A DNA stretch of 44,427 nucleotides from Planctomycetaceae bacterium (GTDB lineage Bacteria; Planctomycetota; Planctomycetia; Pirellulales; UBA1268), in contig JBJTIE010000049.1 of assembly GCA_046094845.1 (NCBI GenBank), positions 1 through 44,427 of the forward strand. Reading direction: 5' to 3'. Below, piece after piece: positions 1 through 8,331 of this stretch (its first letter is position 1; every line of letters begins with the position of its first letter). The position numbers and the translations under genes were made by a program. The notes below the pieces were generated by a model. The model ran no database searches. It saw only the letters and a list, made by a program, of their open reading frames with translations, and was not told the origin of the DNA.

Positions 1-2
1 CG

Positions 3-1601
3 ATCACGCAGTCAACGTGGACGGCCGGCTATGCAGGCGGCGGCACAGGGCCCGTCGTGGGCGCCGGGCCGATCAAGACCGACATCACGCTCCCGGCCGG
101 CGCGAAGGCCACGTTCACGGTCCTCTCGACGGTGAGCCCGACCGCCACGGGGCCGCTGACTGCCACGGCGCAGGTCTCACTCGGTGGCGTCGATCGCACG
201 GCCACCGACACCAACGCCTTCGTGCCGCAGTCGCTGGCGATCGCAGCCGCTGCCGGCCCCACGAGCACGCCGGTCGTAAAGCTCGCCGATCCGACGACGG
301 GCGTTACGCGAGCCGAGCAGCTCGTCTTCGAAACCACGCTCAAGACGGGCGTGCAGGCCGTGCTGGGCGATCTTGACGGCGATGGCAAGCCCGAACTGAT
401 CGCCGCCTCCAACCGCGGCCGTGTCGGCGAGATCAGGGTCTTCAGCCAGAAAGTGGCCGACGACGGCAGCGTGACGCTCGTCCGCGATGCACGCTATTCG
501 CTCCAGCCGTTCGGCGCTGACTCCCGCCACGGCGTCACGTTCGCGGTGGGCGATTTCACGGGCGCCGGCCGCGATGACATCGCCGTGGCCCGGGCCATCG
601 GCGACGGCGAGGTAAGGCTCTACGAATCGACGCCCACGGCCGCCACGCCGCTGACGTTCCTCCGGTCGTTCACGCCGTTCGCCGGCGGCACGGCGGGCGT
701 GTCGCTGGCGATCGCCGATTTCGGCACGTTCGCTGACGGCAAGATCTCGGATGCGACGAAGCTCGACGGCAAGGCGGAGATCGTGGTGGCCAGCGGCCGC
801 GGCCTCGCGCCGACGATTCAGATCCGCGATGCATCCGGCACCGCGGTTCCCGTGCTCGACACGATCTCACCGTTCACGAAGACGTTCACGGGCGGGTTGT
901 CGATCGTCGCGGCACCGGTCAGCAAAGACCCGATCCCCGACCTTATCGTGGCGCAGGGCCGCGGCGGCGCCTCGCTCGCCGAGGTCTATGACGGCAAGGT
1001 GGGCTCCGCCGCGAACGCGCGGCTGGCCGGTTTCACCGCCTTCTCGGCTGCTGCGGTTCGGCATGCTCCGGTATCGATCGCCGCCATCGATTCCGACGGC
1101 GATGGCCGCGTCGATTCGATCGACGTGATTCCGGACGGCGTCGGCAGCGCACTATCTCGCCGCTTTAACGTTGTCGAGGGGGCGTTAGCGGGCACGGTGG
1201 CGATCATTCCGACGACGACCGGTCTACCGTTCTCGGGCCCAGCGAGATTTGCTGCCAATGGCTTCCGAACGGGGCTTGTTGCGGTCACCACCCAATCTGG
1301 CCTGCAATACCGAGATTACGTAGTCGGGACGGGCGCCCAACCATCGTCGAGCACGGCGACGGTGCGGGTCAACTACGAAGGCCGGCTGCTCGACGGCACG
1401 CGGTTCGATGGCAACACGAACACGTCGTTCCAACTCAATGGGGTCATCCCCGGCTGGACGGAGGGCCTTGCCTCGATGCGGGTCGGTGGCCGCCGGCAGT
1501 TGATCGTGCCTGCGAATCTGGCCTACGGGACGACGGCCAGACCGGGCATCCCCGCTAACTCCACGCTGGTCTTCGACGTGGAGCTGCTCTCCACGACCTG
1601 A
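3..1601 (+). CDS. FG-GAP/VCBS repeat protein with C-terminal FKBP-type peptidyl-prolyl isomerase domain (5' partial, runs off the window edge)
   Basis: Frame 3 is open from the window edge; the first in-frame ATG is at 57. FG-GAP-like motifs: LGDLDGDGKPELI, VGDFTGAGRDDIAV, IDSDGDGRVDSI. C-terminal FKBP signature: VRVNYEGRLLDGTRFD...GVIPGWTEGL...STLVFDVELL. Confidence 0.75.
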   Translation: MTQSTWTAGYAGGGTGPVVGAGPIKTDITLPAGAKATFTVLSTVSPTATGPLTATAQVSLGGVDRTATDTNAFVPQSLAIAAAAGPTSTPVVKLADPTTGVTRAEQLVFETTLKTGVQAVLGDLDGDGKPELIAASNRGRVGEIRVFSQKVADDGSVTLVRDARYSLQPFGADSRHGVTFAVGDFTGAGRDDIAVARAIGDGEVRLYESTPTAATPLTFLRSFTPFAGGTAGVSLAIADFGTFADGKISDATKLDGKAEIVVASGRGLAPTIQIRDASGTAVPVLDTISPFTKTFTGGLSIVAAPVSKDPIPDLIVAQGRGGASLAEVYDGKVGSAANARLAGFTAFSAAAVRHAPVSIAAIDSDGDGRVDSIDVIPDGVGSALSRRFNVVEGALAGTVAIIPTTTGLPFSGPARFAANGFRTGLVAVTTQSGLQYRDYVVGTGAQPSSSTATVRVNYEGRLLDGTRFDGNTNTSFQLNGVIPGWTEGLASMRVGGRRQLIVPANLAYGTTARPGIPANSTLVFDVELLSTT

Positions 1602-1971
1602 CGCCGGGAATACCACGATTTCGCCTGGCTGGGGGCATGTTTGCGAGGGATTTTTCAGTTTTTCCCAGCCTCCGTGCCCCCGGTGCTTGACGCCCCCAGG
1701 GAGGCAACCTACTCTACATGCAACGTTGATGCAGAAGCTCCGGTGACGACGCCGGGCACCAGCGTTGTGATCTAGGAACTGCTCGTGACCGCGTCTTGAT
1801 CCCGGTGCGGAGCGGCCCGTAAGGGCACAGCTTCGGAGGCTGTTCGAGCCTCGTGGATCAATTCTTCACGCGTTCGCCATGTGTGGCTCTGGCAGGCGTT
1901 CAGCCTGCCGCCGTTTTCAAACGGTTGTGCCGCGTCCCGGCCCGCTGCGGATTTCCAGCCACCGCCCCCTC

Positions 1972-2000
1972 TTGACGCGCTCGCAGCCCAGCCTATAAAT
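1972..2000 (+). promoter_or_regulatory. Candidate sigma-70 promoter (TTGACG-N16/17-TATAAAT) abutting the DUF1559 gene start
   Basis: TTGACG at 1972-1977 and TATAAAT at 1994-2000. The ATG at 2007 lies 7 nt after the -10 element and no SD is visible, which implies a leaderless mRNA. Confidence 0.35.
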
Positions 2001-2006
2001 GCAATC

Positions 2007-2741
2007 ATGTTGCAAGTGACACCACGGTGCGAATCGTCGCCATGCGTTCGCACTCGAGCCTTCACGCTCGTGGAACTGCTCGTCGTGATCGCGATCATCG
2101 CCACCCTGATCGGCCTCCTGTTGCCCGCGGTGCAATCCGCCCGGGCTGCCGCCCGCCGCACCCAGTGCGCGAGCAACATGCGGCAGGTCGGCTTGGCGAT
2201 GTCGCAGTTTTCCGACACACACCGCGGACGTTTTCCAGACAATTCGCACACGAACGAGGCTGGTTCATGGATCTACACCATTGCGCCCTTCATGGAAGAT
2301 GTGGATGAAATCCGCATGTGCCCGGATGACAAGAAGCGATCGGAGCGGCTGGCCATGAAAATGACCAGTTATGTCCCGAATGCCTATCTCACCGACGAGC
2401 CCACCGGATATCCGACTCGCTACATCGTGACCAACCGCAACAAACTCCAGGAACCCTCCAAAACACTTGTGGCATTCGAGTTGTCGGACAGCAAAAACGT
2501 CACGTCCACCGACGATCATGTGCACAACCATACGTGGTTCACGCTGACGACAGTTGCTCGCAAGACTGTTTTTTCGGAGATCGAGGCAGACATGGCCGTT
2601 GACCGCCACAGTGACTCATCTCACGTGCTGCTTGCTGACTGGCGAGTGACCACCGTCGAGTCTTCACTTGTTCGTGATTGGGCTGCCGCCCAAAACCGCG
2701 ATAACAATTTCTGCGTGCCGAATCGCTTCGTACTTCGCTGA
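2007..2741 (+). CDS. DUF1559 / prepilin-type N-terminal cleavage-methylation domain protein (H-X9-DG family, variant C-terminus)
   Basis: [48 protein letters not shown] is the classic planctomycete DUF1559 N-terminus. Start moved to the internal ATG at 2007 (M43 of ORF 1881..2741). The C-terminal motif reads H-x9-DW ([12 protein letters not shown]) rather than H-x9-DG. Confidence 0.85.
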   Translation: MLQVTPRCESSPCVRTRAFTLVELLVVIAIIATLIGLLLPAVQSARAAARRTQCASNMRQVGLAMSQFSDTHRGRFPDNSHTNEAGSWIYTIAPFMEDVDEIRMCPDDKKRSERLAMKMTSYVPNAYLTDEPTGYPTRYIVTNRNKLQEPSKTLVAFELSDSKNVTSTDDHVHNHTWFTLTTVARKTVFSEIEADMAVDRHSDSSHVLLADWRVTTVESSLVRDWAAAQNRDNNFCVPNRFVLR

Positions 2742-2780
2742 TCTTCTCACTAATCCTCCGACTGCTGGGAGAAACTCACC

Positions 2781-3668
2781 ATGCGAATGGGATTTTCGGT
2801 TCGCACACTTCTCATCGCGTACTGCACGTGCTCATTCTTCGACGGCCATGCGGCAATTGCGGAGGCGATTCATTACGACGTCCTCTTTACAAGCGGCTCT
2901 GGAACGCTCCTCACCGGTGGCTATGACGATGCGGGCAACAATGGAATTGCGCCGCTTCGCGTGTTTTCTGGCGAAGTCGTTGGCGCTGGCACGGCTGGAC
3001 CGTATGAGTCCGCCGAAGAACCCGGCTTTCGAGCACCCAATCAGGCCTTTCTGAATTCCTCGGCGATGACGCCTTCCGGCGTTTTCACTGCATTGCCCGG
3101 AAATACGGATCTTTTTTTTAATCTCGTCCCCATGACGATCAACGGGAGTAGCAGAAACCTTTTTTTCTGGAATGGTTCTGGGCCTGTGAACTTCGCGGCA
3201 TTGCCAGCCAGCTATCAACTCGGTCTTGTCGGTGACTTTGGAACGGCGGCCATCACTGGATCTACGAGTGAGGTTACGGCGAACTTTCTCCTGAAAAAAA
3301 CATCGGCTGATGGAAGTTTGGATCCTGGGCATCCTCACTTGACCACGCAAATTGCAGACGCCGGAGACGCCCCTGCCCAGGGTTTTTATTTGTTCGCGAT
3401 GCAGTTCAATATGGCCGGACTGTCTTCTTCCGCTCCGGCATACTTCGTGTACGGAGCGTATGACGCCAACTCGCCCCCTGACTTCGTGACGTTCGATGCC
3501 GCTCACGCCGAAGCGGAAGCATGGGTCGAAAACAACCTGGCCGCCGTCCCGGAGCCCTCGAGCCTCGCTCTTGCGGGACTGGGAGCGGCGGGCGTTCTGA
3601 CCGCCGGCTGGGGGCGCCGACGGCGGGCCGCGGCCCAGAATTCAGTGTTGGCCGACATTGCCCGTTAA
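2781..3668 (+). CDS. PEP-CTERM sorting-domain secreted protein
   Basis: N-terminal signal peptide (MRMGFSVRTLLIAYCTCSFFDGHAAIAEA). C-terminal VPEPSSLALAGLGAAGVLTAGWGRRRR matches PEP motif, TM helix and Arg cluster. Confidence 0.85.
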   Translation: MRMGFSVRTLLIAYCTCSFFDGHAAIAEAIHYDVLFTSGSGTLLTGGYDDAGNNGIAPLRVFSGEVVGAGTAGPYESAEEPGFRAPNQAFLNSSAMTPSGVFTALPGNTDLFFNLVPMTINGSSRNLFFWNGSGPVNFAALPASYQLGLVGDFGTAAITGSTSEVTANFLLKKTSADGSLDPGHPHLTTQIADAGDAPAQGFYLFAMQFNMAGLSSSAPAYFVYGAYDANSPPDFVTFDAAHAEAEAWVENNLAAVPEPSSLALAGLGAAGVLTAGWGRRRRAAAQNSVLADIAR

Positions 3669-3740
3669 TCCGGATCGACCCCTGCGGTTCTCCTAGCAGA
3701 CACACAGACGACTCGTCGGCTGGCTGCCAGGAGGACAACC

Positions 3741-4772
3741 GTGATCGCCCTCTCCAAAAAAGCTGCTTCGTTCAAGAAAGGCCGCGGCCCTGCGGCTGCC
3801 TTGCGGTCGGCACCGTCCAGCCGGACGGCCGCGGCGGATCCCGCCCAGCGGGAGGCTCTCCTCTCCCAGCGCGAGGCCCTCAAGGCCCGCCGGGCGCAAC
3901 TTTTCGACCGGCTCATCGAGTACATCCCCTGTCGGCAGTTTCTGAAGGCCGACGCCGAGGCCCTCGCCTCGACGCCCCCAGCCGACGCGGCTGTGCCGCT
4001 CGAGACCTACGACCGCGAGCCCGCCCGCGGCGAAGGCCTCACGCCCTACCTCGCCAGCCTCTATCAAACCCGGCTGCTGACGAAGGACGAGGAGCAGTAT
4101 TACTTCCGCCGGATGAACTGGCTGAAGTTCCGCGCCGCCACGGCCCGCGGTCGCCTCGACAAGAAACGGGCTACGCTCCGGCAGATCGATCAACTCGAGG
4201 GCTGGCTCACCGAGGCCGACACGGTGAAGGCGATCCTGATCACGTCGAACCTCCGGCTCGTCGTGTCGATCGCCAAGAAGTTCGTCGACGCGTCGTGGAC
4301 CTTCGAGGAGCTCGTCAGCGAGGGCAACGTGGCCCTGATGCGGGCCGTCGAGAAGTTTAACTTCGCTCTCGGCAATCGATTTAGCACGTACGCCACCTAC
4401 GCCATCCAGCGGCATTTCTACCGGATCTCGCACCGTGGCCGCCAGCAACGCAAGCGGTTCGTCACCGATGACGAGGCTCTGAAGTCGCGGGCCGAAGATC
4501 CCGACACGACCGAGTATCATTCCGCGGAACAGATCGGCATGCTCAAAGAACTGTTCACCGGGTTCCTCGATGAGTTGGAGCCCCGGGAGCGGAAGATCGT
4601 CGTGGCGCGGTTCGGGTTCGACGGCAAACCGCCACGGACGTTCCGTGAGCTTGGCTCACAGATGGGCGTGTGCAAGGAAAGGATCCGGCAGATCCAGACC
4701 CGGGCCATGGAAAAGATCCGTGACATGGCGGCCGGGGCCCGGCTCGAGCAGACAGTGGGCGACTGGCTGTGA
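3741..4772 (+). CDS. RNA polymerase sigma factor, sigma-70 family
   Basis: GTG start with GGAGGA 6 nt upstream. Region 2: NLRLVVSIAKKF...EGNVALMRAVEKF...STYATYAIQRHF. Region 4: ERKIVVARFGFDG...TFRELGSQMGVCKERIRQIQTRAMEKIR. Confidence 0.9.
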   Translation: MIALSKKAASFKKGRGPAAALRSAPSSRTAAADPAQREALLSQREALKARRAQLFDRLIEYIPCRQFLKADAEALASTPPADAAVPLETYDREPARGEGLTPYLASLYQTRLLTKDEEQYYFRRMNWLKFRAATARGRLDKKRATLRQIDQLEGWLTEADTVKAILITSNLRLVVSIAKKFVDASWTFEELVSEGNVALMRAVEKFNFALGNRFSTYATYAIQRHFYRISHRGRQQRKRFVTDDEALKSRAEDPDTTEYHSAEQIGMLKELFTGFLDELEPRERKIVVARFGFDGKPPRTFRELGSQMGVCKERIRQIQTRAMEKIRDMAAGARLEQTVGDWL

Positions 4773-5500
4773 CGCAACGCGTGCTCGTGATCGGTGGGTC
4801 GGGTGGCATCGGTTCCGCACTTGCGCGGCAGCTCGTGCACGGCGGAGCGCAGGTGTTCCTCGCCGGCCGTGACCCCAGCCGGTTGGCGACCGTTGCCGAT
4901 GAACTCGCCATGCCCTGCGGCACCGTCGATGCTTCCGATCCCGATCAGGTGGATGCCTGCGCCGATGCCGCCGCCGCGGCGCTCGGCGGCCTCGACGGCA
5001 TCGCGAATTGCGTCGGCTCGCTGATCCTCAAGCCGGCCCATCTCACGTCCACGGCCGACTGGCAGGCCACGCTGGCTGCCAATCTGTCGAGTGCATTCGG
5101 CTGCGTGCGGGCGGCAGGTCGGCTCCTGAAGTCCGACGGCGGCTCCGTGGTGCTCGTGTCGAGCGCGGCGGCCCGCGTGGGGCTCGCCAACCACGAGGCA
5201 ATCGCAGCCGCGAAGGCCGGCATCATCGGGCTCGTGCTCTCCGCGGCGGCGACCTACGCCAAGCAGAAAATCCGGTTCAACGCCGTGGCCCCCGGCCTTA
5301 CGCGGACGCCTCTGACGAAAGGGCTCGTGGCCAGCGAACTCGCCGAGAAGGCCTCGGTGGGCATGCACCCCCTCGGGCGGCTCGGCGAGCCGGAGGAAGT
5401 GGCCCGGGCGATCGCGTTTCTCCTCGATCCGGCCCAGGGCTGGATCACCGGCCAGGTGCTCGGCGTGGATGGCGGCCTGGCGGATCTCCGCGGGCGGTAG
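4769..5500 (+). CDS. SDR-family oxidoreductase
   Basis: VLVIGGSGGIGSALARQL Rossmann motif, SSAAA...AAKAG (S...YxxxK-like region) and typical SDR length. The GTG start overlaps the sigma-factor stop (GTGA). Confidence 0.85.
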   Translation: MTQRVLVIGGSGGIGSALARQLVHGGAQVFLAGRDPSRLATVADELAMPCGTVDASDPDQVDACADAAAAALGGLDGIANCVGSLILKPAHLTSTADWQATLAANLSSAFGCVRAAGRLLKSDGGSVVLVSSAAARVGLANHEAIAAAKAGIIGLVLSAAATYAKQKIRFNAVAPGLTRTPLTKGLVASELAEKASVGMHPLGRLGEPEEVARAIAFLLDPAQGWITGQVLGVDGGLADLRGR

Positions 5501-5517
5501 GCGACACGCGGCACGAT

Positions 5518-5545
5518 CCCCCGGCTTGCGCCTGGGGGCTTGTAT
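5518..5545 (+). repeat. Family C GC-rich hairpin repeat unit (CCCCGGCTTGCGCCTGGGGGCTTGTAT)
   Basis: Intergenic. The same unit recurs at 9267-9293 and in reverse at 11361-11384. It contains the hairpin CCCCGGC-TTGC-GCC(T)GGGG. Confidence 0.5.
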
Positions 5546-5584
5546 TGGACACGCCGCGAGCGGCGGATTGCTATCCTACTCCCC

Positions 5585-6877
5585 ATGAACACACACACCT
5601 CTTCCGCGCCGACGTTTCGGCTCTGGCTGATGATGGTTCTCGAGTTCGCGATCTGGGGCGCGTGGCTGCCCCTGATCTGGGGCTACATGGGGGCTGGCGT
5701 GGCCGATGGCGGCCTCGGCTTCAGCGGCGCCGAGATCGCCTGGGTGGGCAGCGCCTTCGCCATCGCGTCGATCATGGGGATCTTCTTCTCCAGCCAGTTC
5801 GCCGACCGCACGTTCGCGGCCGAGCGATTCATGGCCGTGAGCCACCTCGTGGGCGGCCTGGCGATCCTTGCCATGTATTGGGTGCGCGACTTCCGCACGT
5901 TCTTCAGTCTGATGCTCGTGCACGCCCTGCTCTACGTGCCCACGATCTCGGTCACGAATTCGATCGCCTTCACGCACATGAAAAACGCCCAGAAGGAATT
6001 CGGGCTCGTGCGGATGGGGGGCACGATCGGCTGGATCCTCGCCGCCTGGCCGCTCTACTTCATTCTCCAAGGCAAGACCGGCGCTGAGGCCGTGGCCGCA
6101 AGCCGCAGCATCTTCCTCGTGGCGGGTGTCACATCGCTCGCCCTCGCAGCCTATAGCCTCTTCCTGCCACATACACCGCCGAAGCGGCCCGTGCCCGGCG
6201 ACAGCGGCTTCGCCTGGCTCAAGGCGACGAAGTTCCTGGCGCATCCCTACCTGCTCGTGCTCTTCGTGGTCACGTTCATCGATGCCGTGATCCATAACGG
6301 ATACTTCGTGATGGCCGGCGACTTCCTCAAGAGTCAGGCCGTCGGCATCAAGCCGGAGTGGATCATGCCCGTGATGAGCATCGGGCAGGTGGCCGAGATC
6401 CTCACGATGGCGGTGCTCGGCGCCGTGCTCGCCCGGCTCGGCTGGAAGACGACGATGATCCTCGGCATCCTCGGCCATGCGGCCCGGTTCGCCGTGTTCG
6501 CGTTCTTTCCCCAGAGCCAGGCCGTGATCGTGGCCGTGCAGGTGCTCCACGGCATCTGCTACGCCTTCTTCTTCGCCACGCTCTACATCTTCATCGACGC
6601 CGCCTTCCCCAAGGACGTGCGATCGAGCGCCCAGAGCCTCTTCAACCTGCTCGTGCTGGGCCTGGGCGACCTGGCGGCCAAGTGGCTCTTCATCCCGCTC
6701 CAGAGTCGGCTCACGACGGACGGCACCGTCGATTACCGCCAGCTCTTCCTCGTGCCCACCTTCATGGCCCTCGCGGCGGCGGCCGTGCTCGCCATCGCCT
6801 TCTGGCCTCCCCGCTCGCTCGCCACCGCCGGCGAGACCGAAGACGACCCCGAGACCGAGCCCGGCCTCGTGACCTGA
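5585..6877 (+). CDS. MFS transporter, nucleoside:H+ symporter (NupG/XapB-like) family
   Basis: N-terminus RLWLMMVLEFAIWGAWLPLIWGYM resembles the NupG-family start. 12-TM-like hydrophobic profile. Start moved to ATG 5585 because upstream ORF residues overlap a repeat unit. Confidence 0.8.
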   Translation: MNTHTSSAPTFRLWLMMVLEFAIWGAWLPLIWGYMGAGVADGGLGFSGAEIAWVGSAFAIASIMGIFFSSQFADRTFAAERFMAVSHLVGGLAILAMYWVRDFRTFFSLMLVHALLYVPTISVTNSIAFTHMKNAQKEFGLVRMGGTIGWILAAWPLYFILQGKTGAEAVAASRSIFLVAGVTSLALAAYSLFLPHTPPKRPVPGDSGFAWLKATKFLAHPYLLVLFVVTFIDAVIHNGYFVMAGDFLKSQAVGIKPEWIMPVMSIGQVAEILTMAVLGAVLARLGWKTTMILGILGHAARFAVFAFFPQSQAVIVAVQVLHGICYAFFFATLYIFIDAAFPKDVRSSAQSLFNLLVLGLGDLAAKWLFIPLQSRLTTDGTVDYRQLFLVPTFMALAAAAVLAIAFWPPRSLATAGETEDDPETEPGLVT

Positions 6878-6900
6878 GGGCGGTGGACCGCACACTCCGC

Positions 6901-6926
6901 CCGTAGTCCGCACACTCCGTGTGCGG
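6901..6926 (+). repeat. REP-like element, family A, GTAG-head orientation (CC-GTAG-TCCGCACA-CTCCG-TGTGCGG)
   Basis: GTAG at 6903-6906 is followed by a 7-bp stem / 5-nt loop palindrome. It is the inverse complement of the copies at 7022-7047, 19963-19988 and 28380-28405. Confidence 0.6.
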
Positions 6927-6933
6927 TTCGAGG

Positions 6934-7047
6934 CGTGAGGGCCGAGTGGCCAGGCTACTCGTGCACAGGTTGGCATACTCGCAGAGCAAATAGCTCGGCT
7001 CTGCGGCGTTCGTTCCGTGGGCCGCATGCGGAGCATGCGGACTACGG
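6934..7047 (+). repeat. Short (114-bp) variant of the GTGAGGG-head / REP-tail composite element
   Basis: Head is GTGAGGGCC. The ~60-nt tail AATAGCTCGGCTCTGCGGCGTTCGTTCCGTGGGCCGCATGCGGAGCATGCGGACTACGG aligns closely with the tails of the 228-bp copies. The central hairpins are absent. A partial tandem GCGGACTACGGCCGGCA duplication follows at 7040-7066. Confidence 0.5.
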
Positions 7048-7212
7048 CCGGCAGCGGACTACGGCCGGCAGCGATTTACGGGGCCGGCATCAATTTTCGC
7101 GGCCTGCCCGCGGTCTTGCGGCAGCAGCCGCCACTCCCTACCTTCCCCGCCCGCCTGCACCAGGCACCGCAGGCCGGATGACACACAGGATGTCTTGCAG
7201 GGAGTTGCTGCG

Positions 7213-8259
7213 ATGTCGATCACTTTCGGGGAATTGGCGGTCCTCGTCGGGGGCAGGCTCACGGGTGACGGCGGCCTGCCGCTCATCGGCGCCGCGACGC
7301 TCGAAACGGCCTCGGCCAGCGACGTCACGCTCGTGGACAAGGCCGAGCGGCTCCACCTCCTCGCCAAGAGCCGCGCAGGGGCCGCGATCGTGCCCGAGGG
7401 CACCGGCCCGCTCGACCGCCCCTCGATCGAAGTCGCCGACGTGCACGCCGCCTTCACCGCCACGATCCTCCACTTCAATCCGCCGCGGCAGCGGCCACGA
7501 ACGGGCGTGAGCCCGCAGGCCGCGGTCGATGCCTCGGCCCGGCTCGCTGCCGACGTCGAGATCCACGCCTTCGCGACGGTGGGGCCCGACGTCGAGATCG
7601 GCCCCGGATCCACGATCCACGCCGGCGTGCACCTGATGGCGGGCACGCGGGTCGGCGCCGACACCGAGATCTTTCCCAACGCCGTGCTCTACGAGAACAC
7701 GCGGGTGGGCAGCCGCTGCATCATCCATGCCGGTGCCGTGCTCGGGGCCTACGGCTTCGGCTACAAGCCCACGGCCGACGGCTATCGAATCTCGGCCCAG
7801 CTCGGCTGGGTGGAGATCGCCGACGACGTGGAAATCGGCGCGGGCACGACGATCGACCGGGGCACGTACGGCCCGACGGTGATCGGTGCCGGCACCAAGC
7901 TCGACAACCTCGTGATGATCGCCCACAACTGCCGGCTCGGCCGCCACAACATGATCTGCTCGCAAGTCGGCGTGGCCGGCAGCACGACCACCGGCGACTG
8001 GGTGGTGATGGCGGGCCAGGTGGGCGTCCGCGACCATGTGCACATCGGCGACAAGGCCGTGCTGGGCGCCCGCTCGGGCGTGTCGAACGACGTGGAGCCC
8101 GGCAAGACGGTGCTCGGCGAGCCGGCCATCGACCTCCGCGACCGCAAGCTGCAGCTCGCGACGATGAGCAAGCTCCCCGAGATGCGCAAGGACCTGAAGA
8201 ACCTCGTGAATCGTGTCACAACCCTCGAACAGAAAGACGCCACGTCCCGCGCCGCCTGA
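7213..8259 (+). CDS. lpxD: UDP-3-O-acylglucosamine N-acyltransferase
   Basis: N-terminal ITFGELAVLVGG..., then a long left-handed beta-helix hexapeptide-repeat region (IGPGSTIHAGVHLMAGTRVGADTEIFPNAVLYENTRVG...). Length is ~348 aa and the gene is followed by lpxI. Confidence 0.9.
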   Translation: MSITFGELAVLVGGRLTGDGGLPLIGAATLETASASDVTLVDKAERLHLLAKSRAGAAIVPEGTGPLDRPSIEVADVHAAFTATILHFNPPRQRPRTGVSPQAAVDASARLAADVEIHAFATVGPDVEIGPGSTIHAGVHLMAGTRVGADTEIFPNAVLYENTRVGSRCIIHAGAVLGAYGFGYKPTADGYRISAQLGWVEIADDVEIGAGTTIDRGTYGPTVIGAGTKLDNLVMIAHNCRLGRHNMICSQVGVAGSTTTGDWVVMAGQVGVRDHVHIGDKAVLGARSGVSNDVEPGKTVLGEPAIDLRDRKLQLATMSKLPEMRKDLKNLVNRVTTLEQKDATSRAA

Positions 8260-8331
8260 TGGCCCACCCCGCCGACCCGGGAGGCGAGCCGGACCATCTG
8301 TGACGGACCATGCGTTTTGTTTCCCACGACC

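Noticed and set aside
2470-2484. Sigma-54 promoter-like TGGCAT-N5-TTGT
   Set aside because: It lies inside the DUF1559 coding sequence. The -12 element is TTGT rather than TTGC, and no gene start lies downstream at a suitable distance.
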